A DNA stretch of 32,000 nt from Geobacter metallireducens GS-15 (GCF_000012925.1 NC_007517.1:1050001-1082000), one strand, 5' to 3'. Positions 1 through 12,374 are shown, counted from the stretch's first letter. A program made the numbers and translations. The notes: generated by a model from the letters alone, not told the origin.

Positions 1-1230
1 AAGGAGCAGAAGGTGGACACCTTCAAGTGCTCCGCCCCGGGCGGGGTAAGCATCCGGGTCCTGAAGAACGGCGGCATGGGGTTCTCGTACTCCACCAGCA
101 TGGAGCCTGCCGACCTTGCCCGCATGGTGGAAAACGCCCTCGTGGGGGCCGGAGCCCAGACCCCCGATGAGCACCATGCCTTTCCCGAGCCCCGTCCCGG
201 TTCGGAGATCCCCGGGCTCTACGACGAGGGGCTGGCGGCCGTGCCCGAAGCGGAGAAGGTGGCGCGGGCCATGGAGCTGGAGCGGCTCGTCATGGCTGCC
301 GACCCGCGGGTGAAGCGGGTGCGCAAATGCTCCTTCGGCGAGTCGACGGTGGAGACCCGTATCGTCAACTCCCGTGGCGTCGATGCCACCTGCCGGGGTA
401 CGTCGGTGTCGGCCAGCGTCTCGGCTATCGCCGAGGAAAGCGGCAATTCCCAGATGGGGTGGGACTTCGACTTCGCCAACCATTTCACCGATCTGTCCGT
501 TGACCGGATCGCGACACGGGCCGTGGCCAAGGCGGTGGGGCTTCTGGGGGCCGCGAAGATCCCGACCATGCGCTGTCCGGCGGTTCTCGACAACTACGTG
601 GCCACCGAAATCCTGGAGGTGCTCGCCTCCGCCTTCCTGGCCGAGAGCGTCCAGAAGGGGAAGTCGCTCCTGGTGGGGAAAAAGGGAACCCGGATTGTCA
701 GCCCCCTCCTCCGGATTCGGGATGACGGGACCCTCCCCGGCGGCATGGGGACTGCCCCCTTCGATGCCGAGGGGGTGCCGAAGCAGAACACAATCCTCGT
801 GGAGGACGGCGTGCTCCGTGGCTACCTCTACGACACTCTCCGGGCCCGAAAAGACGGTGTCGCTTCCACCGGCAATGCCAGCCGCGGCGGCATCAAGTCC
901 CCTCCCCACATGGGAGTGTCCAACCTCTTCATCGAGAACGGCACCGTCCCCTTCGATGACCTCATGGCCGGCATCGGGCGGGGGATCCTTCTCACCGACG
1001 TCATGGGGATGCACACCGCCAATCCCATCTCCGGCGACTTCTCCGTGGGGGCCGCCGGTTTCCTCATCGAAGAGGGGAAGGTGACGGTTCCGGTCAAGGG
1101 AATCGCCATCTCCGGGAATATTCTGGAACTCTTCCAGGGAGTGGAAGGGGTGGGGAACGACCTTCGGCTTTACGGCACCGTGGGGGCGCCGTCGCTGCGG
1201 ATCGCAGCCCTTGATGTGAGCGGCGAGTAG
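1..1230 (+). CDS. TldD/PmbA (peptidase U62) family metalloprotease, PmbA/TldE-like; 5' end cut by the window edge
   Basis: ORF 13..1230 stays open in the same frame back to nt 1. The C-terminal region (GDFSVGAAGFLIEEGKV..., HTANPISGDF) is typical of the TldD/PmbA family. Confidence 0.75.
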   Translation, partial: KEQKVDTFKCSAPGGVSIRVLKNGGMGFSYSTSMEPADLARMVENALVGAGAQTPDEHHAFPEPRPGSEIPGLYDEGLAAVPEAEKVARAMELERLVMAADPRVKRVRKCSFGESTVETRIVNSRGVDATCRGTSVSASVSAIAEESGNSQMGWDFDFANHFTDLSVDRIATRAVAKAVGLLGAAKIPTMRCPAVLDNYVATEILEVLASAFLAESVQKGKSLLVGKKGTRIVSPLLRIRDDGTLPGGMGTAPFDAEGVPKQNTILVEDGVLRGYLYDTLRARKDGVASTGNASRGGIKSPPHMGVSNLFIENGTVPFDDLMAGIGRGILLTDVMGMHTANPISGDFSVGAAGFLIEEGKVTVPVKGIAISGNILELFQGVEGVGNDLRLYGTVGAPSLRIAALDVSGE

Positions 1231-1267
1231 GCTGCCATTACAGACCCGGAGTACCGGGCCGGTCAAT

Positions 1268-1306
1268 GAAACCGCCATGTTCGGATTAATACCGGGTGGC
1301 GGTTTC
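1268..1306 (+). terminator. Hairpin after the protease gene: GAAACCGCCA ... TGGCGGTTTC, followed by a weak T-rich tail
   Basis: 10-bp perfect inverted repeat at 1268-1277 / 1297-1306, followed by gtgatttc. The T-tract is poor. Confidence 0.4.
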
Positions 1307-1317
1307 GTGATTTCAGG

Positions 1318-1346
1318 TTGACAAACACCGGGCGAGTGCGGAGAAT
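1318..1346 (+). promoter_or_regulatory. Possible sigma70 promoter for iorA (TTGACA-N17-GAGAAT)
   Basis: TTGACA at 1318-1323 and GAGAAT at 1341-1346, about 30 nt upstream of the iorA RBS. Hexamer match only. Confidence 0.3.
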
Positions 1347-1376
1347 TCTCTGATTTTGCGTTGGGAGGAAAAGCAG

Positions 1377-3194
1377 GTGAGTGAACGAATGCTGTTGCTC
1401 GGCAATGAAGCCATGGCCCACGGCCTTGTGGAGGCAGGATGCAACGTGGTGGCCTCCTATCCCGGTACCCCCGCCTCGGAGATCCTTTCGTCCGTGGCCC
1501 AGTGGCGGGCCCGTTATGATCTCCCCATGCACGTGGAGTGGGCGGTGAACGAGAAGGTGGCCCTGGAGATCGCCTATGCGGCGTCCCAGGCGGGACTGCG
1601 GGCCGCAACCGCCATGAAGCAGGTGGGGCTCAACGTGGCCTCCGACCCGTTCATGAGCGCCGCCTACCTGGGGGTAAAGGGGGGCTTTCTGGTCATCAGC
1701 GCCGACGACCCCGGTCCCCACTCCTCCCAGACCGAGCAGGACAGCCGCCTCATGGCCATGGGCGCCAAGGTGCCGGTGCTGGACCCCGACTCGCCGGAAC
1801 AGGCCCGGGAGTTGGTGAAAGTCGGTTTCGAGCTCTCCGAGGCCTTCGAGATTCCGGTCATGCTCCGCCCCACCACCCGGGTCTGCCACGCCAACCAGGA
1901 CATCCTCCCCGGTCCCGTGGCCCCATCGGACCGCAAAGCCCTTTTCGAGAAAAACCCGGCCCGCTGGGCCGCCACCCCCAAGTTTCGCCACCGTCTCCAC
2001 CTGGAACTGGAGGAGAAGCTTGCAAAGATCGCCGCCTGGGAGCCCACCGCTCCCCGGCTCCTTAATCCTGCTGCCCCGGCCCGTCGGGCCATCGTCGCCT
2101 CCGGCGTCGCCGCGGCCCATGCCCGCGAAGTGCTGAATGACCTGGGGCTCCGGGAGACGCTCCCCCTCTGGCAGGTGGTACAGCCCTATCCGCTCCATGG
2201 GGACTTCGTGACCACTGTCCTCGAACAATACGACGAGATCCTCGTTCTCGAAGAGACCACCGGCGTCATGGAACTGCAGTTAGCCGACCGCTACCGAGTC
2301 AAGGGGAAACGCTCGGGCTTCGTCCCCGAAGTGGGAGAGCTGTCGCCGGAGCTGATCGAGGGGCTCATTGCCTCCTTTGCCGGGATCGAAACCCCGGAAG
2401 CTCCCGCTCCCGCCGCCGAAGGGGGCCGCCGTCCGACCCTCTGCCCCGGCTGCCCCCACCGGGCCAGCTTCTATGCCATCAAGCGTGCCGCCCCCAAGGG
2501 AATCTTTCCGTCGGATATCGGCTGCTACACCCTCGGCATCAACCTGGGAGGCGTTGACACCGTCCTCTGCATGGGGGCAGCGGTCTCCCAGGCCTGCGGC
2601 TTCTACCACGCCCACAAGATCGGCGGCGAGGTTCCCGACATCGTCGCCACCATCGGCGATTCCACCTTCTTCCACGCCGGCATTCCCCCCCTCATCGACG
2701 CGGTAGTCCAGGATGCCCGGTTCGTCCTCGTGATCCTCGACAACGCCACCACCGCCATGACCGGCAACCAGCCGACCCCGGCCTTGGGGTGGGGGGCTGG
2801 CGGGGTCCCCACGGCCACGGTCAACATGGAGGGGCTCGTGAGGGCCTGCGGGGTGAAGTTCTGCAAGGTGGGGCGCCCCGGCAACCTTCCGGCGTTCACC
2901 GACCTCATGAAGGAAGCGGTCGCCTTTGCCCGGACCGACGGGCTTGCCGTGGTCATCGCCCGCCAGCCCTGCGTGGTGGACCGCACCTTCAAGGGGGACC
3001 GCCCGCCGCGGCGAAAGGTTGCCATCAGCGACGCCTGCAACGGCTGCCGTTACTGCACCACCCAGTTCGAATGCCCGGCCCTGGTCTATGACGAGGAGGA
3101 GAAGCGGGTCGCCATCGACACCCTCATCTGCACCGACTGCGGTGTCTGCATCGACGTCTGCCCGCGGCTGGCAATCGAGGAGGTGGGACAATGA
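1377..3194 (+). CDS. iorA: Indolepyruvate:ferredoxin oxidoreductase, alpha subunit
   Basis: ORF 1356..3194. The GTG at 1377 lies 7 nt after GGGAGGA; ATG 1389 is an alternative start. The protein has a TPP-enzyme fold, two C-terminal 4Fe-4S motifs (CNGCRYCTTQFECP, CTDCGVCIDVCP) and a 4-nt overlap with iorB. Confidence 0.85.
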   Translation: MSERMLLLGNEAMAHGLVEAGCNVVASYPGTPASEILSSVAQWRARYDLPMHVEWAVNEKVALEIAYAASQAGLRAATAMKQVGLNVASDPFMSAAYLGVKGGFLVISADDPGPHSSQTEQDSRLMAMGAKVPVLDPDSPEQARELVKVGFELSEAFEIPVMLRPTTRVCHANQDILPGPVAPSDRKALFEKNPARWAATPKFRHRLHLELEEKLAKIAAWEPTAPRLLNPAAPARRAIVASGVAAAHAREVLNDLGLRETLPLWQVVQPYPLHGDFVTTVLEQYDEILVLEETTGVMELQLADRYRVKGKRSGFVPEVGELSPELIEGLIASFAGIETPEAPAPAAEGGRRPTLCPGCPHRASFYAIKRAAPKGIFPSDIGCYTLGINLGGVDTVLCMGAAVSQACGFYHAHKIGGEVPDIVATIGDSTFFHAGIPPLIDAVVQDARFVLVILDNATTAMTGNQPTPALGWGAGGVPTATVNMEGLVRACGVKFCKVGRPGNLPAFTDLMKEAVAFARTDGLAVVIARQPCVVDRTFKGDRPPRRKVAISDACNGCRYCTTQFECPALVYDEEEKRVAIDTLICTDCGVCIDVCPRLAIEEVGQ

Positions 3195-3736
3195 CCGGTC
3201 AGCAGCTCATCATCAGTGGCGTCGGCGGCCAGGGAATCCTCTTCCTGACCCGCATCCTCGCCGAAACCGCTATCAGCCTGGGGATGCCGGTCATGACCTC
3301 CGAGACCCACGGCATGGCCCAGCGGGGGGGAGTGGTCATCTCCCACCTGAAAGCGGGGGAGTTTTCGAGCCCCCTCGTGAGACCGGGGCGCGCCGACGGA
3401 CTCATCGCCATGAAGGCGGAGAACGTGGCGATCCACCGTCATTTCCTTCGTCCCGGCGGCTGGGTCGTCGTGAACGCCAAGGCCGCGCCGGCTGGCCTCG
3501 ACGGCCATCCGGTCCATGTCATCGATGCTGATACCCTTGCCCTGGAGCTCGGCAATCCCCAGTCCCTCAACCTGATCCTTATCGGCTATGCCGTGGCGCG
3601 GTTCGCCGCCTCGGGAGACTTCTTCTCTCCCGACCAGGTCATCGGGACCATAGAACGGCGCCTGGTCGAGAAGGGGAAGCTGCGGGACGCTTCCCTGGCG
3701 GCCCTTCGTCTGGGGATGGAGAATGCAGCAGGCTGA
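3191..3736 (+). CDS. iorB: Indolepyruvate:ferredoxin oxidoreductase, beta subunit
   Basis: 181 aa with an N-terminal ISGVGGQGILF motif typical of the 2-oxoacid:ferredoxin oxidoreductase gamma/IorB family. Its ATGA start overlaps the iorA stop. Confidence 0.85.
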   Translation: MTGQQLIISGVGGQGILFLTRILAETAISLGMPVMTSETHGMAQRGGVVISHLKAGEFSSPLVRPGRADGLIAMKAENVAIHRHFLRPGGWVVVNAKAAPAGLDGHPVHVIDADTLALELGNPQSLNLILIGYAVARFAASGDFFSPDQVIGTIERRLVEKGKLRDASLAALRLGMENAAG

Positions 3737-3761
3737 TTTTCGTCCGGAGGTTTCATAAACG

Positions 3762-5063
3762 ATGCTCACACGTTTTCCCGCCCCCTTTTCTTCCCCTGCC
3801 GACCTTGAACGGCTGCAGCTTGCCGGCGTGCAATGGACCGTCGCCCACGCCTGGAACAACTCCCCCTTCTACCGGGAGCGGTTCCAGCAGGCCGGCGTCT
3901 CGCCGGAGGATATCCGCACCCTCGACGACCTGCGCAGACTTCCCTTTACCACAGCCGATGACCTGCGGGCCGGCTATCCCTTTCCGCTCCGGTCGGCATC
4001 CTTTGAGGAGATTGTCCGGATCCACTCATCATCCGGTACTACCGGCAAGAGGAAGATCCTCTGCTACACCCAGAAGGATCTGGACGACTGGGCCCGGATG
4101 TTCTGCCGCTGCTACGAGCTGGCGGGGGTGACGCGGGAGGACCGGGTCCAGATCTGCGTCGGCTACGGGCTCTGGACCGCTGGAATCGGCTTCCAGGCCG
4201 CCTGCGAGCGCTACGGCGCCCTGGCTGTGCCGGTGGGGCCGGGGAACCTGGAACTCCAGACCACCTTCCTCACGGACGTCCAGTCCACGGTGGTCTGCTG
4301 CACCGCCTCCATGGGGCTGCTCCTGGCGGAGGAAGTCCAGCGGCGGGGGCTCAGGGACCGGATAAAGGTCAGGAAGGTGATTCTCGGGGCCGAGCGCTCC
4401 AGCGAGGCGATGCTCGCCAAAATCCGGGAGGGGCTCGGGGCGGAATCGGTTCACGATATCACCGGCCTCACCGAGGTCTACGGCCCCGGCACCGGCCTTT
4501 CCTGTGCCGCTCCGGGGGCAAACGGCGCCGTCCACTACTGGGCCGACTACTATCTCCTCGAAATCCTTGATCCCGAAACCCTTCAGCCGGTGGCACCCGG
4601 GGAGGTGGGTGAGATGGTCTTCACGACCCTCCGCAAGGAGGCGGCGCCCCTCATTCGCTACCGCTCCCGGGACCTCACCCGGCTGATCCCCGGTGACTGC
4701 CCTTGCGGCTGCACGTTCCCCCGTCACGACCGGATTCTCGGCCGTTCCGACGACGTGGTCATCTTCCGCGGCGTCAACATCTACCCGGGGCAGATCGATG
4801 AGATTCTCGATACCGTGGCGGGGGTCGGGAGCGAATTCCAGGTAGTTCTCGACCATGGCGCCGACGGCCGCGACTACATGACCATCCGCGTGGAGCGGGG
4901 CGAGGACGGTGCTCCGGCCGACGACCCGGCCCTTGCCCGAAAGGTCGCCTCTGCCGTCAAGCACAGCCTCATGGTTTCCTGTGAGGTGGTTGTCCTCCCC
5001 TACGGCGAGCTCCCCCGCTCGGAGGGGAAGACCAGAAGGATGTATGACAACCGGAAGTACTAA
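3762..5063 (+). CDS. paaK: Phenylacetate-CoA ligase family protein (PaaK-like adenylate-forming enzyme)
   Basis: 433 aa with the AMP-binding motif SSGTTGKRK and a PaaK-like length. The position directly after iorAB is classic synteny. Confidence 0.8.
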   Translation: MLTRFPAPFSSPADLERLQLAGVQWTVAHAWNNSPFYRERFQQAGVSPEDIRTLDDLRRLPFTTADDLRAGYPFPLRSASFEEIVRIHSSSGTTGKRKILCYTQKDLDDWARMFCRCYELAGVTREDRVQICVGYGLWTAGIGFQAACERYGALAVPVGPGNLELQTTFLTDVQSTVVCCTASMGLLLAEEVQRRGLRDRIKVRKVILGAERSSEAMLAKIREGLGAESVHDITGLTEVYGPGTGLSCAAPGANGAVHYWADYYLLEILDPETLQPVAPGEVGEMVFTTLRKEAAPLIRYRSRDLTRLIPGDCPCGCTFPRHDRILGRSDDVVIFRGVNIYPGQIDEILDTVAGVGSEFQVVLDHGADGRDYMTIRVERGEDGAPADDPALARKVASAVKHSLMVSCEVVVLPYGELPRSEGKTRRMYDNRKY

Positions 5064-5206
5064 CGGTGCTCAACATGCAACGATTGCGTGACGACATACG
5101 TTGAACGCCAGACTCGACACGGATTCTGTTGAGCATTTCACCCCTTTGTGCTACCGTTCTCCGTTGCATTTCCCTAAAAAATATTCCTTCCAGGAGACAC
5201 CTCATA

Positions 5207-7906
<2,700 letters not shown>

Positions 7907-7922
7907 TCGGGATTTCATGTGG

Positions 7923-7942
7923 GGGCGCAATTCGTTGCGCCC
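7923..7942 (+). terminator. Perfect 8-bp hairpin GGGCGCAA-TTCG-TTGCGCCC after secA, with no T-tract
   Basis: Read directly from the sequence. Its function (terminator or RNA stabiliser) is uncertain because a U-tail is absent. Confidence 0.35.
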
Positions 7943-8006
7943 GGATTGCTTGCCGTGAGGATAGGGCGTGATTAATCACCCCCCTACGCGAAAACAAGCG
8001 GAGGGC

Positions 8007-9191
8007 ATGATGAACATAAAAGGATTCAAATTCTCCGCCGTGGAGGCGGCCATCAAGAAGCCGGGGCGCCTGGACCTGGCACTGATTGTCTCCGAAACGC
8101 CGGCTGCGGTGGCAGGGGTCTATACCACGAACGCGGTGAAGGCGGCGCCGGTCCTCCTCGATCAGGAACGGACGAAAAAGGGCGCCTGCCGGGCAATTGT
8201 CGTCAACAGCGGGAACGCCAACGCCTGCACCGGTCCTGTCGGATTGGCCGATGCCCGGGAGACGACGCGGCTTGTGGCCGACGGGGTCGGTTCCGCGGAG
8301 GAGGAGGTGCTCGTCTGCTCCACCGGCGTCATCGGCGTGCCCCTTCCCATGGAGCGGATGCGAGCCGGGATTCCTCCCCTTGTCCGGGGACTCGGCACGG
8401 GCACCTTCGACGACGTGGCCCGCGCCATCATGACCACCGACACCTTTCCCAAGATGGAGGTCAGGACGGGGAAGGCCGGCGGCATGGAGTACACCGTAGC
8501 CGGCATCGCCAAGGGGGCAGGGATGATCATGCCCAACATGGCCACCATGCTCGCCTTTATCGTGACCGACGCGGCGGTGGACCCGACGTGGCTCCGGACG
8601 GTCTTTGCCGCCGGGGTGGAGCGCTCCTTCAATGCCATCACCGTGGACGGCGACACCTCCACCAACGACACCGCCCTCATCATGGCCAACGGCGCTGCCG
8701 GCAACCCGGTGCTCTCTGCCGGGAGCGACGATGCTGCCGAGTTTGTGCGGCTTCTGGACGAGGTGCTCCTGGCTCTTGCCAAGCTCATCGTCAAGGACGG
8801 TGAGGGGGCCACAAAGTTCGTGGAGATCACCGTCAAGGGGGCCCGGTCCGATGCCGACGCCAAGCGGGCAGCCATGGCGGTGGCAAACTCGTGCCTCGTG
8901 AAGACCGCATTCTTCGGCCAGGACGCCAACTGGGGACGGATCTTCGCGGCGGTGGGGTACTCGGGCGCCGAAGTGGATCCTGACCGGACCGAACTGTTCT
9001 TTGATGACGTGCAGATGGTTAGAGCCGGGGTCTTTACTGGTGGCGATGCGGAAGCGCGGGGGACCGAGATCCTCAAAAAGAGGGAATTCAGCGTGACGGT
9101 TGATCTCCACCTGGGCGAGGGGGTCTCCACGGTCTATACGTCGGACCTCTCCTACGACTATGTCAAGATCAACGCCGATTACCGGACCTGA
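8007..9191 (+). CDS. argJ: Bifunctional ornithine acetyltransferase / N-acetylglutamate synthase ArgJ
   Basis: About 394 aa. The autoprocessing site context PNMATMLAF (A|T) is present and similarity to ArgJ runs the full length. Start ATG 8007 or 8010, after GCGGAGGG. Confidence 0.92.
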   Translation: MMNIKGFKFSAVEAAIKKPGRLDLALIVSETPAAVAGVYTTNAVKAAPVLLDQERTKKGACRAIVVNSGNANACTGPVGLADARETTRLVADGVGSAEEEVLVCSTGVIGVPLPMERMRAGIPPLVRGLGTGTFDDVARAIMTTDTFPKMEVRTGKAGGMEYTVAGIAKGAGMIMPNMATMLAFIVTDAAVDPTWLRTVFAAGVERSFNAITVDGDTSTNDTALIMANGAAGNPVLSAGSDDAAEFVRLLDEVLLALAKLIVKDGEGATKFVEITVKGARSDADAKRAAMAVANSCLVKTAFFGQDANWGRIFAAVGYSGAEVDPDRTELFFDDVQMVRAGVFTGGDAEARGTEILKKREFSVTVDLHLGEGVSTVYTSDLSYDYVKINADYRT

Positions 9192-9230
9192 GGAAAGCGC
9201 GGACGAACCTGCTTCTACGGCACGGGGGTA

Positions 9231-9644
9231 ATGCTCATGAGAAAACTGTTCGCATTTCTGACGGCATTTTGGTTGTGTCTGCCTGGAGCGACAGCGTCAA
9301 TGGCTGCCGAGGGCGGCTCCCTGCGGATCACCGAGATGGCCGTTACGACCAAGGTCTCCCGCAACAATCCCATCGATGCGGTCCGGCGGATCAATCACCG
9401 GTCGGTTCCCGCCCTCTACTGCTTCACCCGGATCGTCAATCCTTCGGGGGAGGAGACGCCCATCCGGCACGTCTGGTACCGGAACGGTGAAGTGGTGGGC
9501 GAGCAGGAGCTTCAGGTCAAGGGCCAGAAGTGGCGCACCTGGAGCAAGCGTCCCATTGACCGCGATTCCATCGGCACATGGCGGGTTGAAGCCCTCGACA
9601 GCGCAGGGAAGCTGCTGAAGGCGGTTGAGTTCCGGATAAACTGA
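9231..9644 (+). CDS. Small secreted protein, DUF2914-like C-terminal domain
   Basis: Signal peptide MRKLFAFLTAFWLCLPGATASMA. The C-terminal pattern VWYRNGE...WRTWSK...GTWRVEALDSAGKLL..EF resembles DUF2914 as I remember it. ATG 9237 has the better RBS spacing. Confidence 0.6.
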   Translation: MLMRKLFAFLTAFWLCLPGATASMAAEGGSLRITEMAVTTKVSRNNPIDAVRRINHRSVPALYCFTRIVNPSGEETPIRHVWYRNGEVVGEQELQVKGQKWRTWSKRPIDRDSIGTWRVEALDSAGKLLKAVEFRIN

Positions 9645-9670
9645 GGACCGGTTCGCACAGACGCTCTGGA

Positions 9671-9690
9671 GGGGAGGCAACTCCCCTTTG
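9671..9690 (+). terminator. Hairpin GGGGAG-GCAA-CTCCCC followed by TTTG
   Basis: 6-bp GC-rich stem with a GNRA loop and a short T run, 27 nt after the stop at 9644. Confidence 0.4.
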
Positions 9691-9762
9691 CCGTTTCTGG
9701 AGAGCCGAATGATGGCCCCTGTTTTGCAAGAAAAGCTGGAGTCTGCTACCAATCGTCTGGTG

Positions 9763-10959
9763 ATGGGGTCCGCTATGTGCCGTAAGCTCTTCATTCTGCT
9801 CCTCATCCTTTTTACCTCTCTGCCGGTGTTCGCCGGCGACACCCCTCTCGCCCCCTTTCCATGGCAGAATACCGTTTCGCGCCTGATGGACAAGGCCATG
9901 GCCGACGGGCTCGTCGCCGGGGGGGTGGTGGTCGTGGGAAATCGCCACGGCATCGTCTACGAATCGGCCTTCGGCAGGGTCTCCGGTGAGTCCGGCGCCC
10001 TTCCGGTCTCGACAGAAACCATTTTCGATGTGGCATCCCTCACCAAGGTGGTGGCCACGGCGCCGGTTGTCATGGGGTTGGTGGAGCAAGGGCGACTTTC
10101 CCTTGCCGATCCCGTCACCCGCTGGTTTCCCGAGTTCGCCGGCAAGGGGAAGGATGGGGTCCTGGTGGAGCATCTGCTGACCCATACCTCGGGGCTCGAC
10201 GACTTCCCGCTTTCAGCCTCAAGTCCTCTCCTGAGCGCCCTCGAAGGGGTTGCCCGCCAGAAGCTCAAGGGGGAACCCGGCCACCGTTTCCGGTACGCCG
10301 ATATCAATTTCATCCTCCTGGGAGAACTGGTACGTCGGGTGACCGGCACACCGCTGGACCGCGTCGTGTCTGAAACCGTCTATGGCCCCCTTGCCATGAC
10401 GGCGACCTGTTTCAATCCCGGTCCGGCCGCTGCCGGCCGCTGCGCGGCAACCCTTGATGTCGGGGGCGGTCCCCAATTCGGGAAGGTTCAGGACACCACG
10501 GCCAGGCTCCTTGACGGCGTGGCTGGACACGCGGGAATCTTTACCACGGCCGGCGACCTGGCCCGCTTTTGCCGCATGATTCTTGGCGATGGAGAGCTTG
10601 ACGGCCAGCGGGTGCTCGCGGCCCCGACCCTGCGCCAGATGGCGGCCCCCCATTTCTCCCGTGGCGGCACGGTGCGCCGGGGCCTGGGATGGGACATCGC
10701 GTCACCCTACTCTTCGCCGAAGGGGAGAGGGTTTTCCGAAGCCTCCTTCGGGCACACCGGCTATTCGGGAAGCTCCCTCTGGATCGATCCCGAGAACGAC
10801 GTCTTCGTGGTTCTCCTCTCCTCGCGACTCGACTACCGGAGCACGCGGGCATTCTCGAAGCTCAGGAACGATCTCTCCACGGTGGCCTTTGCCATGCTCC
10901 ACCCAGACCTTCGGGAACTGTCCGAAATCGCCATGTTCAAGGCCCCGCAGGGCCGGTAA
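9763..10959 (+). CDS. Serine hydrolase of the beta-lactamase / PBP4* (class C-like) family, secreted
   Basis: Has the SxxK motif (ASLTKV), an HTG box (FGHTGYSG) and the signal peptide MCRKLFILLLILFTSLPVFA. The start is ambiguous (9763 or 9775). Confidence 0.8.
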   Translation: MGSAMCRKLFILLLILFTSLPVFAGDTPLAPFPWQNTVSRLMDKAMADGLVAGGVVVVGNRHGIVYESAFGRVSGESGALPVSTETIFDVASLTKVVATAPVVMGLVEQGRLSLADPVTRWFPEFAGKGKDGVLVEHLLTHTSGLDDFPLSASSPLLSALEGVARQKLKGEPGHRFRYADINFILLGELVRRVTGTPLDRVVSETVYGPLAMTATCFNPGPAAAGRCAATLDVGGGPQFGKVQDTTARLLDGVAGHAGIFTTAGDLARFCRMILGDGELDGQRVLAAPTLRQMAAPHFSRGGTVRRGLGWDIASPYSSPKGRGFSEASFGHTGYSGSSLWIDPENDVFVVLLSSRLDYRSTRAFSKLRNDLSTVAFAMLHPDLRELSEIAMFKAPQGR

Positions 10960-10996
10960 ACATCTTGACACCCACCGGGGGGCTGTGCTAGTTTTT

Positions 10997-11017
10997 CCGC
11001 GGTTGTTCGCGGTTTTT
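10997..11017 (+). terminator. Rho-independent terminator CCGCG-GTTGTT-CGCGG-TTTTT
   Basis: 5-bp GC stem plus a T5 tail, 38 nt after the stop at 10959. Confidence 0.5.
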
Positions 11018-11054
11018 CAGGACTTACGGCGCTCCTATCCGAGGAGGTTTTTTC

Positions 11055-12374
11055 ATGGGCAACAGGATTCTCCTTGCCGACGACAGCATCACAATCCAGA
11101 AGGTCGTGGGGATCATCTTCGCCAACGAGGACTGCGACCTTACTGTCGTTGACAATGGGGACTCCGCTGTGGAGAAGGCCCGCGAAGTCACCCCTGATGT
11201 GATGCTGGTGGACGCCCTCATGCCCGGCAAGTCCGGCTACGAGGTCTGTACCGCCATCCGGAAGGATCCCGCCCTCGGCACTGTCCCCATCCTCCTCATG
11301 ACCGGTGCCTTCGAGCCCTTTGACGAGGAGAAGGCCCGCCAGTGCGGCGCCGACGATTTCATCTCCAAGCCTTTCGAGTCCCAGCAACTTATCGACAAGG
11401 TCAAAACTCTCCTTGATCTTGGCAAAAGCCGGGCCGGGGCGCCGTCAGTGGCGGCAGCAGCACCGACTATGACGGCCGTGACGCCGCCTGCGGCGCCGAC
11501 AGTGGCAGAGGCGGCTGAATCAATTGCGTCCGTTGCACCAGTTGCTGCCGGGCCGGTTGAGTCCTTTGCCATTGAATTCGACGAACCCGCGTCCAGTGAG
11601 CCCCAGCCGGCCGTGACGCCACCTCCCACCCCCGAACCCACGGCCGCCAAGGTAACCGTGCCCGAACCGCAACCCTTTGTCTTCGCGGTTGAGGAGGCAT
11701 CTCCCGCCGATGATCTCTGGGGTGCTTTCGAGCTTGAGGACGAGGTTGTCGGTGACGAGCCTGTCAAGTCCAGCCAGGCGGCTGCCGATGGAGCGTCCGC
11801 CGCAGTAGACGAGGTTTCTCCCTTTGGGCTGGAACAGACTCCGGACGTCTTTGGTGCCGGAACGGGGCCTGCCGCCGAGTCGGTCGATTTCGGCTTTGCC
11901 TCTGCCAGCGACGAGTTCGGTTTTGCCGTGGCGGCGGAAACGCCTGCTCCGTCAGCTTCCGTCGAACCGGCACCCTTCAGTGCTCCCCCCATGGATGAGT
12001 CATTCGTATTCGGCGAGGAGAGCGCTGAAAGCGTTGTTGAGCCGTACGGAAGCATTTCCGAAACGCCGGTTTCCGGAGCGTTTGACCCGGGCATCGAGCC
12101 CTTTGAAATGCCCTTGAAAACGGAATTTACTCCGGCCGCCGGGGTATCTTCATTTGCTCCTGAAGAGAAACCGGTTCCGTCATCCGCGTCCTTCACTGCT
12201 GCGCCCGCTGTCGAGGGGGGTGGAGGGACCATCACCCTGACCGAGGAGCAGCTTGCTGCAGCCATCTCCCGCATTTCCCGGGAGGTCATCGAGCGGATCG
12301 CGTGGGAAGTGGTGCCCGATCTGGCCGAAACCCTCATCAAGGAAGAGATCCGCCGGATCAAGGAAGGCAGTTAG
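11055..12374 (+). CDS. Response regulator: CheY-like receiver domain, then a ~260-aa acidic Ala/Pro-rich low-complexity region, then a short conserved C-terminal helix
   Basis: N-terminus MGNRILLADDS...VMLVDALMPGKSGYEV...DDFISKPF is a REC domain. GAGGAGG lies 7 nt upstream of the ATG. I recognise no DNA-binding or enzymatic output domain. Confidence 0.85.
   Translation: MGNRILLADDSITIQKVVGIIFANEDCDLTVVDNGDSAVEKAREVTPDVMLVDALMPGKSGYEVCTAIRKDPALGTVPILLMTGAFEPFDEEKARQCGADDFISKPFESQQLIDKVKTLLDLGKSRAGAPSVAAAAPTMTAVTPPAAPTVAEAAESIASVAPVAAGPVESFAIEFDEPASSEPQPAVTPPPTPEPTAAKVTVPEPQPFVFAVEEASPADDLWGAFELEDEVVGDEPVKSSQAAADGASAAVDEVSPFGLEQTPDVFGAGTGPAAESVDFGFASASDEFGFAVAAETPAPSASVEPAPFSAPPMDESFVFGEESAESVVEPYGSISETPVSGAFDPGIEPFEMPLKTEFTPAAGVSSFAPEEKPVPSSASFTAAPAVEGGGGTITLTEEQLAAAISRISREVIERIAWEVVPDLAETLIKEEIRRIKEGS

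Noticed and set aside
3762-5063. The iorAB-paaK trio as something unusual
   Set aside because: This is a well-known conserved operon for fermentative or anaerobic aromatic amino-acid catabolism (aryl-pyruvate to aryl-acetyl-CoA). Its organisation here is ordinary.
5067-5135. 9-bp inverted repeat TGCTCAACA / TGTTGAGCA, 51 nt apart, in the paaK-secA spacer, as a possible secA leader structure or terminator
   Set aside because: It has no U-tract, a long and only partly structured loop, and no match to any motif I know. It could be a weak mRNA structure, but there is nothing to support a specific function.
10965-10994. TTGACA-N18-TAGTTT as the promoter of the response-regulator gene
   Set aside because: It lies upstream of the terminator at 10997-11017, the -10 is weak and the spacer is 18 nt. 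There is not enough support to call it.
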